Positions 26,395 through 39,054 of a stretch of 64,000 bases of DNA are shown in pieces. The first letter of the stretch is position 1. Every line of letters begins with the position of its first letter. The position numbers were made by a program, and so were the translations under genes. Source of the stretch: Octopus sinensis (taxonomy: Eukaryota). The stretch spans positions 18,724,001 to 18,788,000 of the forward strand of contig NC_043007.1 of NCBI RefSeq assembly GCF_006345805.1. The letters are read 5' to 3'. The notes beneath the pieces are model-generated. The model saw nothing but the letters and a program-made list of their open reading frames with translations, was not told the DNA's origin and did no database searches.

Positions 26395-26395
26395 A
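25915..26395. repeat. Compound (GA)n/(GT)n minisatellite punctuated by AAAGAACGTG
   Basis: About 7 recurrences of the AGAACGTGTG junction. Confidence 0.85.
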
Positions 26396-26944
26396 TAATA
26401 GTGAGAGATAAAATGATAATGAAATAGCGTTTTGGTATCTGCAAATGAAAGCGACTGAAGAAGACGCCTGGAAATATTTCATTCCGTTTAAACTAATCTA
26501 ACGTCATAAACGATGTATTCGAAATATTCCATCCAAATTTCCCAACCACATTCTCAATATATAATATTTTCCAATATTTCCCCGGATAAATGAAAACCGC
26601 AATTTCTTCATCTTCGTATGAATGCAATATTGTAAAATTAGAAGACTTCCAGCTGTAAGACTCCTATCTTTTAAGGAGCCGACAAGACTACATTATCCGC
26701 CATGTCGTTTCCTAACAAAACGCAGCATGATGTGATGTAGTCAAGATTTAACTGTTAATTTAGTAGATTTAGTACCACTTAGTTTTTCTCATTTGGTGTC
26801 GTAGTCACAGTAGAACCTGTAAGCAATAAAACCAAGCTTCAGTCATCGCTAAATGAACAAGTAAAATACCATTACTCTGCAGAAGTGTACAACCGTCAAG
26901 GGTGACGGTCGTTTAGAAAATGCGTGGGCTAAGACTACGTGCCT

Positions 26945-27052
26945 TCATTGGTCAGTTGAAGTTGAGACAATGTCACGTGACAATTTGCTGGGGCTGCTTG
27001 CTGGAGACTGGCAGCAGGTATTTAAAGGGGAAATTTTTGACAAGTCAGTCAG
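26945..27052 (+). promoter_or_regulatory. Putative Pol II core promoter
   Basis: Reverse CCAAT (ATTGG 26947), palindrome TGTCACGTGACA (26971-26982), TATTTAAA (27019), TCAGT initiators with A 28 and 32 nt after the TATA start. Confidence 0.45.
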
Positions 27053-27115
27053 TCGCCCGCTGACACTCGTTGACATTACATTGAAGAGGTCAGGGAACAG
27101 AAGAAAGAAGAAGAA

Positions 27116-27410
27116 ATGCACCCAACACCAGAGCTGAAGACACCTCCGAAACGGGGGCCCCGCCACGTCAAAACGGTTGAGGAGTAGGGGCCGAAACCGG
27201 ATGTGGTTCCTCCTGATGATGTCTTGAGCTAACTGGATCCTATAAAGGAGCTGTTGTGGTAGCAGACCACGAAACACGGTTGAAATTCCTTCCTGGAAAT
27301 ATGGAAGTTGAAAGATTCAGGGAAAATGACTCAAGATGAAACGTCTGAATTGCTATTTCTTCTTGGGCGGAGTGTGGGGCGAATTTTATAGGGGAATTGG
27401 CAGCTGAAGC
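27116..27410 (+). pseudogene. Disrupted ORF of unknown family, homologous to 23800-24015 and 28468-28690
   Basis: ATG at 27116; the same frame reads through 4 stops to LKDSGKMTQDET, then a frameshift to ECGANFIGELAA. Confidence 0.4.
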
Positions 27411-27479
27411 ATCAATAAGAACTGCATCAATGATAATGGCAAAAAGAACAACAACAACAACACAACAACAACAACAACA

Positions 27480-27978
27480 GTGGAGGCGTAACGGCCCAGT
27501 GGTTAGGGCAGCGGACTCGCGGTCGTAAGAACGCAGTTTGATTCCCAGACCAGGCGTTGTGAGTGTTTATTGAGCGAAAACACCTAAAGCTCCACGAGGC
27601 TCCGGTAGAGGGTGGTGGTGAACCCCGCTGTACTCTTTCACCACAACTTTCTCTCACTCTTTCTTCCTACTTCTACCACAAAGCAGAGGAACCATGGTGT
27701 AACCCACTATGGTGTGGTAAACTTTCAGACCCTAGTCTACATTGCGAATCCTCTGTACTCCAGGATGGTTCAGCTCTCCACCCGTTAAAAGCCACCGTTC
27801 ACAGAATGAGGATAACAACGTAGCTTTCGCGCCCGTGCAACCACCAGTCTATCGCGTGTGGAGGGTGGATCTTCAAGTTGCCACACACATTCTTAGTAGC
27901 TTAGAGTAGGCTCGAATTAGAGATTATTCTTTGTGGCTAATGGCATGAGTCTTGGTTGGAAGAAGAAGAAGAAAGAAG
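27480..27978 (+). mobile_element. tRNA-derived SINE, long form with (GAA)n tail
   Basis: Highly similar to 14868-15331 but with different flanks (probable TSD ACAACAG) and about 40 extra internal bases. Confidence 0.85.
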
Positions 27979-28941
27979 ACAACAGTTGGCAGAAAACTAT
28001 CCATCCACCCCAAAGCACACCCACCCACTCACCCATCCATCCATCCATCCATCTATCTGTCTCTCTGTCTGTCTATCTGCCTGCCTGTCTGTCTGCCTGC
28101 CTGTCTGTCTGTCTGGCTGGGTGTCTGTCTGGCTGTCTGACTGGCTGGCTGGCTTTCTGTCTGTCGTCTTCTATAGATTTATATAAATGGTTGGGAGAAC
28201 AAAACAGAGAGAGAGAGAGAGAGAGAGAGGAGATAGCAAGAGAGAGAGAGAGAGAGAGAGAGAAAGAAAGAGAAGGGGAGAGAGAGGGAGGGAGATAGCG
28301 CATAAGAGAGAGAGATTGAATGAGAGAAGTAAGATTGGAAATAAGAAAGGAAGAGAAAGGGACGATGAAATACCGTCTTCGTATCACGACTGAGAGAAGA
28401 CGCCGGAAAGATTTCATTTTGGGTTAAAAGTATTATGACGCATAAGATGTGATTCAAAAACACGAAAGTTGAAAGATTCCCGGAAAATAACTCAAAACGA
28501 AACGTTCCCTATCCTATTTGAGTTACCTATTTTTACTGGGACAGAATTTGGAGCGAATTTTATAACGAGTTTGGTTACTGCTAACGAGGAAGCCTCTCCG
28601 TTGACCTTACGGATTCATCTAAATTCTCGGAGCTGTATTCTTGATATTTTCCAATATTTCTATGGATTATGAAAATCCGCAGATTTTTTCTGTTGCTTTA
28701 TTTTTTAATTTTTTAAAAAAACTTTGTTCTAATTTATTTCAAATTCGGTTTACCGATTTAGTTCTGTATGCTAATTATGGAAATGAAATTCATTTTTGCC
28801 GTAAATTAATAAAGAAAAAGTTTAGTAGCTTTTAAAATTCTAAAATTTTAGGTAATTTTAGCCAATCAAAAATCACAGACACATTGGCGCCTGTTTGTAG
28901 TAAACAAGCAAAGCTGTAGTCTGTTACCCGAACCACCATCA

Positions 28942-29145
28942 CTACCGCCACCACGACCACGACCACCTGTATTTTTTTTTCTTGTTTGACGACGAGTTCC
29001 TGTCTATTTTCGTGACCTTTGTTGTCTCATTTTCAATATATTCACCTGAACTTTCCAGAAACGAAGGACCTTCTCGGTTGCTGCTGTCACTACTGATTTT
29101 GTTTGAAATTTTTATTAACTCATTTTCATAATTTTGAAAACTCAT
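28942..29145 (-). CDS. Candidate first coding exon of an unknown gene (Ser/Asn/Glu-rich)
   Basis: Non-repetitive ORF MSFQNYENELIKISNKISSDSSNREGPSFLESSG with a possible donor CAG|GTGAAT; no recognisable domain. Confidence 0.2.
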   Translation of the reverse strand: MSFQNYENELIKISNKISSDSSNREGPSFLESSGEYIENETTKVTKIDRNSSSNKKKKYRWSWSWWR

Positions 29146-29505
29146 TAATTATTTACAGTATAATGCAGTTTTTTTTTTGTAATTTTTAGCGAAAAAATTC
29201 CGTCTAAGATTTTTCTCTTTTGAATTGCTTACATGTTCGCTCGACCGTTTCACATGACATTATTCATTAAAACTTATTAAAACTTCCGTCGTCGTAATGT
29301 TTTGCTTTCATTTTGTTTATTAAAACTCCGCTATCGTAATGTCTTGCTTTGGTTTTGTGTGTGTGTGTTGCTACATAATTTTACTTCACAAATGCTTTTT
29401 AGGAATTGACATTTGGTGCATGAGGGAGTTTGATGTCGCTGGCCTCATCTGCATCTCCTGTCGCGAAGTTGGTTCATCTGGGACACTTAACAGTAAGAAG
29501 TCCAC

Positions 29506-29609
<104 letters not shown>

Positions 29610-29629
29610 GTTAGAGAGAGAGAGAGAGA

Positions 29630-31080
29630 TCACGCAGAAAATGCCAGCTTACAAATCCTATTATCTAATTGGTTTAAAAATTACCAAACTTTAAAAGCTT
29701 TGTTACTTTTTTCAATCTTTACACCAAGGTCCCCCATGACTATGGAAGAAAAAGCAATTAAATTCTGGTTGGAAAAGTACCTCGAAGTACTTCCAGAACG
29801 CATAAATGAAATCTTTATTATTGAATCGTTAAAATTTATACTTCAGAACAATTATTTCCTATTTGATGACACATATGATCGTCAGAAATGTGGAATTGCA
29901 ATGGGGACGAAAGCAGTTCCTGTTCTTGCAAACCTAATAATGGATTATTTTGAATTCACCTTATATGAAGTATCACTTCAGAAATATGGTTACCCATTTT
30001 ATCTCTACATAAGAGAAAATTGGAAAAGATAGCTGGATGACTGTTTTATCATTTGGAAGGAGAACATCGACACACTTTTGGATTTCAAATCAACACTAAA
30101 TGATATAAATAGTAATATTCAATTCACAATGGAATATAACAAAGAACAGCTCCCATTTTTAGACATCATGATAAAAAAGTCAACAATCAAATCATAACTG
30201 ACATATATTATAAAACAACTGATTCAAAACAATATCTCCTCTTTAACTCATGCCACCCGAAACACATCCCTTTCAATTTGGCAAAAAGATTTGCACAATA
30301 ATGTCTGATAGAACAACTCGGGACCTTCGTCTTCAAGACCTCAAAACAACGCTTCTTGAAATAAAATATCCACCCTCACATATAGACGAGGGAATTAAAC
30401 GTGCTAAACAATTAGACATAAAAAGACTAAGAACAACAAAACATAACATCACACCTCATCTCAAAACATTACTATTTATATCAACACACAACCCCAGAAA
30501 CAGTGAGACATTCAACACTATTGTGCAAAATCTTCCTTTACGAATTAGAGATCCAAAAATGAACGGCATCCTGAAAACGCACAAACTCATAAAATGCAAA
30601 AAGCAACACAAATCGCTAAAGAGACTGCCAACAAATGCGAAGCTTTACAAAACAACCACGAAACCAACAGTGAAAAAATGTGGACTCCCAAACTGTGAAA
30701 CCTGCCCCAACTTACTTGAAGGCTCAGATTTCCCTTTCAAACAAGGACAGAGGTTCACAATTAAAACTAGTTTCACTTGTGCCTCTGAGAACCTAATTTC
30801 TGTAATAACCTGCTCGGGTTGTGGACACAACTATATTGGACAGACAACTATGACCTTGAGAAGGAAAACCACTCTAAATAATGAACAAATCCGTTTCCGC
30901 AATACAGGCAAATTCCTCTCAGTGAACATATAGAAAAATGTGCAGATAATATCAAACCAAATTTCACAGTCTTCCCCTTCTACCAGTGCAAAGACACAAT
31001 CTCTCCACAAGAACGTTTAAATCAAGAAACTTTTTTCACTGAAAAATACAGAACACGTCTTAATATGCACGCATAACTAA
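29630..31080 (+). pseudogene. Penelope-like retroelement (Neptune-type) RT-linker-GIY-YIG, 5'-truncated
   Basis: LKFILQNNYFLFD..QKCGIAMGT..LANL, WKR*LDDCF (YLDD with Y mutated to stop), LPFLD, YKTTD..YL, linker CGLPNCETC, VITCSGCGHNYIGQT. Confidence 0.92.
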
Positions 31081-31531
31081 CTTTTATATTTCAATTCACG
31101 ATTACATCACTGAACATAAATCCCTATTACTAAACAAGTTTTTCGAAACCTGTTTTTTGTCTGTACATATATATATTCCTCTCCCTTTACCGAAAACTGA
31201 ATAGTTACCTCCCTTGCCTACAACAATAACAATAATAGCGATAACCAATTACCTCCCCTTATTTTACTACTTGTGAAGTCATTCACTCGTAAATATCGTC
31301 ACACACAACATAGACAAAATTTCTACTTAAGTAAATGCATATTCAAATAAGTAAACCATAATATCATGAATAGCGAAAGCAAAACCGGTCGATATATTAA
31401 AAAAATATATTAAAACTATGTAAAGTGTGTATATTTTGCCTTTTTAATTTCTTATATATATTACAACTCACCACGTGGGGATAATCGAAATTCCTCCTTT
31501 CCTGTTTATATATACATATATATATATATGT

Positions 31532-31714
31532 ATCAAAATAAGCGACAGAGGTGATGCAGTACGACCGTTTCAAGCGACTGCGTTTAATTGAACAATGCAG
31601 CTGAGGACATGCTCTGCATTTAAACTGATGTAATGCTTGCATTGTTCAGTTAAATGGAGCCGCCTTAAACGGTCGTACTGCATCACCTCTGGATATCCTG
31701 TTGCTTATTTTGAT
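31532..31714. repeat. Long imperfect hairpin (about 70-bp arms)
   Basis: CAGAGGTGATGCAGTACGACCGTTT pairs perfectly with AAACGGTCGTACTGCATCACCTCTG; pairing extends both inward and outward. Confidence 0.85.
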
Positions 31715-31903
31715 TTTATTCGCCTTATTTTGAAATTGTACGAATGATACCACACTAATTTTTGGTTCCTCAACCTAAGTACCTAATTCATCTGAATCTC
31801 AACTATATATATAGGAAGAGTTTACGAAAAAAACAAAAGACGAAGACAGGTGGTGAACAAAACAAACAGATGCATTAGTATAACGCTCAGGAATAGAAAA
31901 AGT

Positions 31904-31939
31904 CTTTTATGTTTCGAGCCTACGCTCTTCTACAGAAAG
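31904..31939 (-). ncRNA. Minimal hammerhead-like motif (A6U)
   Basis: Reverse complement: CTTT CTGTAGA A GAGC-GTAG-GCTC GAAACA TA AAAG. Confidence 0.55.
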
Positions 31940-31999
31940 GGACACAGAAAAAACAAGGAGAGAAAAAAATGTGTGTAGTGGTTAACGATCTATCATGGC

Positions 32000-32197
32000 G
32001 ACACACACACACGCATACACATATATACATACGACGGGCTTCTTTCCGTTTCCATCTGCCAAGTCCGCTCACAAAGGTTTTGGTCTGGCAGGGGCTATAA
32101 TAGAAGACACTTGTCCAAAGTGCTGTGTAGTGGGACTGAACCCAGAAGCATGTGGTTTGGAAGCAACCTTCTTACCACACAGCCACGCCTGTGCCTA
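32000..32197 (-). mobile_element. SINE family A, 5' half
   Basis: Diverged head through to the microsatellite. Confidence 0.7.
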
Positions 32198-33349
32198 TGT
32201 GGAAAAGTGGTGAGTGGTTTCTAGTTTGGTGGAGATATGGTATATTTGGAACGGTAAGTCTGCGGGTCATGCATCGTCCCTTATGAATAAATTTGTGACG
32301 AATGCAACGGGAGACGTAGACTCTAATATACAAAAACGACAGGATGATCACGGTGGGGACGTCTTTCGTAGTATCACTCAGTTCAAACAGAACTATCCTG
32401 GGGTTAAACGACATCACGCTGTGATGTAACATCGATGAGTCGTTCGGCCTGCGAGAAATAACAACTAAATCTCTCTCGATTCTCACCTTACCGTCTTAAA
32501 CAAAAAAAAAATCAATACGTTAGCTAATGTAGTCTTTGATATACAAAAAGACGAGATAGTCAGTGCTGGAGAGTCATTGATCACAGATATCTGCTCGATC
32601 AAATTTGCCAGGAAGCTAAACAACAACAACAGCTTCAACAAAGAACTTTTAAATATGAACGGAGATGCAGTTAGTAGATGTCACTTTGTGTGTGTCTATA
32701 TAAGTGTGTGTGTATGTGTGTGTGTGTTTGTATATGCTCGTCTGCGGTGTTTATCATCGTATGTTATATTTTCCGGTTTCTTTTCATTTTTATTCGTTCA
32801 TTTGATAAATGAAGTTAATTGTGTATTTATTTAATGGTGTTTGTGTGTCTCAGTTGAATCTGTGTTCTTCCTCTAATTTCTTCTAGAAAAGTATCGAGTT
32901 TGTCGGCGTTAATAGCTCGTTTTTTCTTCTATTTTTCTCTGGAATATTACACTAAAATACTAAAGTTATTAAGTCCGTCCATTTTACGTAGCTTTGTTTG
33001 TGTGTTGTTTTTGTTTTTGCCTTTTGTTTCTCTGTTGATTTTTCGTTAGATTCGCTTCTGTTGTCGTCTGTTATATTTCTTTTCTTTCAGGTTTGTATTT
33101 TTTTCTCAATCAATTTCAAGCGACTGATAAGGAAAAAAAAAAACGAAGAGTATGTTTTTTTCGTGTTGTTATAGTCTCTTTTTCTATTTTTTGTTCATCA
33201 CACACACACACACACAAACGCACACACACAAACGCACACACACAAACGCACACAAACAGACACACATAAACACACACGCACACACATATATATGCTTACA
33301 TTTCTCTTTCTCTCTCTATATATATACATGTATGCATACATGCACCTAT

Positions 33350-33394
<45 letters not shown>

Positions 33395-33483
33395 CGTATA
33401 ATATACAACACATATATATGTACGTATATATGTATGTGTGTATTTATATATATGTGTGAGTGCATATATGTATATATATTCAA

Positions 33484-33530
<47 letters not shown>

Positions 33531-33846
33531 CACGAATATATATATATATATATACTCATACATACATGTACACACTTAACGCGCGCAGACACACACACAC
33601 ACACATACACACACACACACACACACACTCACACATATTATTTTATCATATTTTTTTAATTCTTTGCTGCATGTTGCACTACAGCTCCATTCTCCGTTCT
33701 CCATTCTCCGTCGTTCCATCATATCTCTATCGATGACACGGGTTGGGGAAGAAGCCGAACAGAGAAACTCAATCAAACAACCTAACAACTACCAACAACA
33801 TGATCGATCGCAATTCTTGTTTTCGTTTAATTTACGTAGTTTTTTC

Positions 33847-34000
33847 CTTCTTCTTCTTCTTCTTCTTCTTCTTCTTCTTCTTCTTCTTCTTCTTCTTCTT
33901 CTTCTTCTTCTTCTTCTTCTTCTTCTTCTTCTTCTTCTTCTTCTTCTTCTTCTTCTTCTTCTTCTTCTTCTTCTTCTTCTTCTTCTTCTTCTTCTTCTTC
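33847..34000. repeat. Perfect (CTT)n, about 50 units
   Basis: Direct inspection. Confidence 0.95.
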
Positions 34001-34569
34001 CGAGGGATATCTCTACAAGACTTGATGACATATAGGCGACTGCATCAGTCTTCATTTATATTCACCAGGCAATTTCTAATGGAAACACTTTGAACCGAGA
34101 CAGCAATTAAGAAACTTTCTTCTTTTCCGCTGTTTACCGCGATCTGTGCAGCCATTACTGGATTCCTGTATTCACGTCTGCCGTTAGTTCATTAATTGAC
34201 TGACCATTGAAACCGTACAGCTTTTTACATCCTATTTGATTGTAGGATTTTTCAAAAGCTTTATCTCAGCTTAATGTGACAAGGCGTCGGTTATAGCAAA
34301 ACGGAAATGTGAAGGCGGACTATTAATATTGAGCGAATGAAAAGACGGGGAAAATGGCGGAAACAGCAGAACGTTGGATTAAATAAATGACTAAGATATT
34401 TAGTTTCGTTGCTATCTAATCTATGTACAAATACCAGCGATGTCAATTTTGTCTATTATTCCTTTGTGGTCGATGAAATAAATACCCCACGTGATATTGA
34501 GATTGTCAAAGTCCTTCGCAATTCAGCAATTTCAGCTCTTCAGTATCTCCTTCATTATGTCATTGCTAT

Positions 34570-34792
34570 AGTACTACTTCCATAATATCGTAACCATGAT
34601 ATCACGATCCAGTATTCCAGCCAGCGAGTCAGCCAGCAAACCAGCCCGTGGGTGGCCATACATGGACGTTGAAGGAAAAGGCGGCTTAACAAACGTGGAA
34701 ATACTAAAGAAAAGTGTAGAAGCAGAAACTATTGGCGAACTAGCAAGTTATATGGAGGACCGAGAGATTTATAAGCGCTGACCTAAATAATA

Positions 34793-34860
<68 letters not shown>
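34570..34860 (+). pseudogene. RTE-clade LINE 3' end with (TAA)n tail
   Basis: WWPxHGR...LTNVEILKKSVEAETIGELASYMEDR resembles the RTE ORF C-terminus. Confidence 0.55.
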
Positions 34861-34867
<7 letters not shown>

Positions 34868-34950
34868 TAATAATAATAACAAAGAATATATATGTGTGTG
34901 CGTATATATATATGTATATGTGTATATATATATATATGTATATATACATA

Positions 34951-35553
34951 TATACTGGATAAGGAATATATTCACAGACATGACAGAGTTGGGACCTACA
35001 TACACTGGAAGCTATGCCAACACTATGGAATAACAACAGAAAAAAGATGGTGTAGGTACACACCAGGAAAGGTCACAGAAAACGAGAAGGCAATCATACT
35101 CTGGGATATGCCAATATACACAGATAGAGAAATTAAGACCAACAGGCCAGATATAGTCGTCAGAGATCATGAAGAAAAAAATGCTTTCTAATTATGTATC
35201 AATACCAGCAGATGATAAGGTTTCTCTAAAAGAAATGGAGAAACTTTCAAAATACAAAGACCTGGAAATAAAGGTAACTCGAATGTGGAATCTAAAAACA
35301 GAAACAATTCCTATCATAGTAGGCGCATTAGGTATGATAAAATAATATTCAGACAAATACATAAGAAAAGCACCAGGACTTACAAATATATATAACATAT
35401 ACAAAATTGCACTACTGGGCACTGCACACATCCTACGCAGAACACTTTCCCTATAGTAACCATAAGAGCATCACAGCAAACCACAGCACATACCCAAGGT
35501 ACACAGAGCTGCGCTCGGTATTGAAGTGAAAGTACGCTATAATAATAAAGCTA

Positions 35554-35560
<7 letters not shown>
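34951..35560 (+). pseudogene. R4/Dong-type retrotransposon 3' end (RLE domain and 3' UTR)
   Basis: YIHRHDRVG..IHWKLC, ILWDMPIYTDREIKTNRPDIVV, KLSKYKDLEI, IPIIVGALG, ALLGTAHILRRTL*; followed by (TAA)n. Confidence 0.9.
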
Positions 35561-35588
<28 letters not shown>

Positions 35589-35644
35589 CAATAATAATAA
35601 TAACAACAATAATAACAATAATAACAATAATAATAATAATAATA

Positions 35645-35682
<38 letters not shown>

Positions 35683-35879
35683 TAATAAAAATAATAAAAA
35701 TAATAATGATGATGATGATGATGATAAAATAATAATAATAATAATAATAATAACAATAAAAACAATAACAATAATAATAATAATAATGATGATGATGATG
35801 ATGATATGACGATGATGATGATGATGATGACGACGACGATGATGATGACGACGACGACGATGACGACGACGACGACGAC

Positions 35880-35912
<33 letters not shown>

Positions 35913-35940
35913 GGTGGTGGTGATGATGATGATGATGATG
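35556..35940. repeat. (AAT)/(GAT)/(GAC)/(GGT) trinucleotide compound repeat
   Basis: Direct inspection. Confidence 0.95.
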
Positions 35941-36301
35941 GCCGACTAGGCAAGAGCAACAAGAACAAAAGGGTGATTAACAGACATGGAAATTGAAGAG
36001 CTAAAAAGGAAAGTAGAATATCGAAATAATACTTTACCAGTGAGAACGGAGAAATGAATGGCGACAGAGAAGACGTAGAGCAAAGTGTAAATGTAAAAGC
36101 GTTTTTAGCAAATGAAGCAGAAGTAATAGGGAGAGCTATATCGCAAGAATACAAAGATGACCAAAAAGATATAGTGAGGACGCTGTGTCGATATATTAGA
36201 AAAGACCAGAACCAACACATTTCTGGCAACCGGTACTTAGCAATGGACACAGTATTTTGTCTTGCTTTTTATTTGCATACATTTATACAAATATACATGC
36301 A

Positions 36302-36699
36302 CTAGCAGTATCGCCCGGCGTTGCTCGGGTTTGTAAGGGAAATAACTATATAAGCATTTTTAGAGATGTAAAGTATAATAGCCATTTCAAGATGGCTAAC
36401 CACAAAGGATGGGGGTTGTTACTGTAGCTTTTTACTTTCTGAGATTTAATAATAAATTTTTAGAGAGTTACTTCCCCTATATATGCCAAAAATGCATTAA
36501 AAATGGGAAAAATTGATGGTAAATTTTTTTAAAATCGTAGTCTCATCGTAGACGCGCGCTAATACCCAGAAGGGCTCGATATGAATCCCGACTATAAGAT
36601 ACCTGGTTTTGGTTAAACTGCACCGCAAAATGTGGGAGTAGTTAGGAATCTAAATCGTAGGAGACAGACAGCACACAACCTCACTTTTATATATAAAGA
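36302..36699 (-). mobile_element. Non-autonomous Helitron, second subfamily
   Basis: Same 3' hairpin and CTAG end as 7707-8100, different interior; A|T site. Confidence 0.8.
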
Positions 36700-36920
36700 T
36701 ATGTACGTACATACATATGTATGTACATACATATGTACGTACATACATGCATACATACATACATGCATACATACTTACATATATACATAATACATACATA
36801 ATACATGCATACATACACACATACATATATGTACATGTGTGATGATTGACCGCTAACTCCAAAAGATATTTTTATTTTCTCTGTTTTATTTATTCTCACT
36901 CTGTTTATTTCATCGTGTTC

Positions 36921-36956
36921 CTTTCTGATGAAGAGCGTAGGCTCGAAATGTAAAAG
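36921..36956 (+). ncRNA. Minimal type-I hammerhead-like motif (canonical CUGAUGA plus extra A)
   Basis: CTTT CTGATGA A GAGC-GTAG-GCTC GAAATG TA AAAG; perfect stems I and II. Confidence 0.65.
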
Positions 36957-37052
36957 ATTTTCTCACCTTCTCGAGCGTCAAACTAATACACCTGCTTGTT
37001 GTTTATACACCTGTTTTCATCTTTTGTTTTTCTGTAAATTTCAGCTATATAC

Positions 37053-37102
<50 letters not shown>

Positions 37103-37378
37103 ATGTTTGAAGTGGTGTACAAATCCTGTATTTTAAGAAAAAGGGGGCAGTCAGAATTTCGGATAATTCTTTATAAGTGCTTTCATTCGTTTTTCGAACT
37201 CGTCAAGACAAAATCAAAATGGTAAAAGCAGAACGTTTCGTTGTTCTTTTATATGAATCGGATGTTTTTTTTTTGCTTTGTTTAGAAGAAGAGAATATTG
37301 TTTTTGTTCTTTTGTTTTGAAAAAAGGGGGGAGAGAGAAAGAAAAGCAAAGAGGGATAGAAATAGAGACAGAGAGAGA

Positions 37379-37418
<40 letters not shown>

Positions 37419-38572
37419 GAGAGAAAAAGAGATTTCAGGACAATCAAGAAAAAGGAGAAAAATAATAATAAAGGAACTGGAAAGGATAAATAGAGATAGA
37501 AATAGAGAGAGAAAAAGGGAGAGAGAGGGAGAGCGAAAGAGGTTTCTTTTCAGTTTGATGTGGTCAATTCATTGAAATTTCATTACAAAGCATTTTTGTT
37601 TTTATTTCGCCTTTCTTTTTTCTTTCCATTGCATATCTATCAACATACTTGTAAATATACACATTTTCTCGCAAGGGCTGGTGACCTATTAAAAATGTCA
37701 ATTTTAGAAAGAAGGATGGAAGAAATAAGAAAAGATGGGAGGGTGCGCTTATCACAAAAAAAAAAAAAAAATGAAAAAGTGTTCAAAGTTCAAAGTCCTA
37801 TGAAAATGCATATTCCTTTACACTGTACAGCCAAGTCCCATATTTTGTGTAATTCTATGTTTTGCCTGAATAAACATTGAATATTTGTACAATATTCATA
37901 AATTAGGAAAATATAGTCAGAATATAAAAAAAAATGATTTCGTACTGTTCATAATTCAATCTATTTTCTCTATGTACATTTAATCAAATCTCATAAATGA
38001 GTTTTGTACATATATCGTATATTTAGCTGGAAACCACACTGTAGGATATAAATTATATAATAAAGCAGGACCTGCTTGAATATATTTTGGAGTATATTTC
38101 ATCTTTTTGTAGGATGTTTTTTCTTTTCTTGCTTGCTTGGATAAGAGAATCCGAAAGAGATCTTCTTCACGAATTACTTTTCCAAGTAATTATATGATAT
38201 TATCATTATTATTATTATGATTGTTGTTGTTGTTGTTATTGCTTTACTTCTAAGAGAGCTCGGTCTTGTTTGCTCTGGGTTATTCTGTGAAAGCGAACAG
38301 CAACCTGTAATCAGAAGTCTCAAAGGGTCTCTTTCCGTGCATTATAAGCTTTGATACCTGGTTGTTAATTATCGTATAATTTATTATTATTGCTGTTGTT
38401 GCTGCTGTTTGAGGAAAACTCACAGATTATTTTGCTGGTTATGATGGAAAGTGTCAGCTGTCCACATCCAACAGACTAAGGTGACACTTGTTTCCTTGTC
38501 ATGCTTCAAGAACCCTGAGAAGAATTCTTGCAGTTCCAAGCAATGCTGAGTTTTGTAGGTGTTCTACCATTA

Positions 38573-38656
<84 letters not shown>

Positions 38657-38658
<2 letters not shown>

Positions 38659-39003
38659 TATGTTTGACTTTTGCTGTACAAGTTGGCTCCAAGTCTCACC
38701 CAGAGACCTCAAGAGACAACAGGTTGGAAGTTCACGTTGTTGTTATGCCTAGTGTGCCATATATTTGAGTTTTTTTTTGGTGTTGTACTAGTGAATGTCT
38801 AATACATAAATATAAAAAAAAAGTTTGTTTTAAACATTGGGATTACATAGAGAGTATTTTGCGTAGGATATGAGCAGTTCCCATGAGCACTATCTTTTGA
38901 ATTTCTGCCATTTTGGGGTTTCCTGGTATCTGAGTTAGATAGCAATCAGCCTCTTTCGCTATCATTCCCAGGGCACCTATGACAACAGGTATTGTTTTAG
39001 TCT

Positions 39004-39004
<1 letters not shown>
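38657..39004 (-). pseudogene. R4/Dong-type retrotransposon extreme 3' end within (TAA)n
   Basis: KTKTIPVVIGALGMI...IQKIVLMGTAHILRKILSM*; (ATT)n on both sides. Confidence 0.85.
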
Positions 39005-39054
<50 letters not shown>

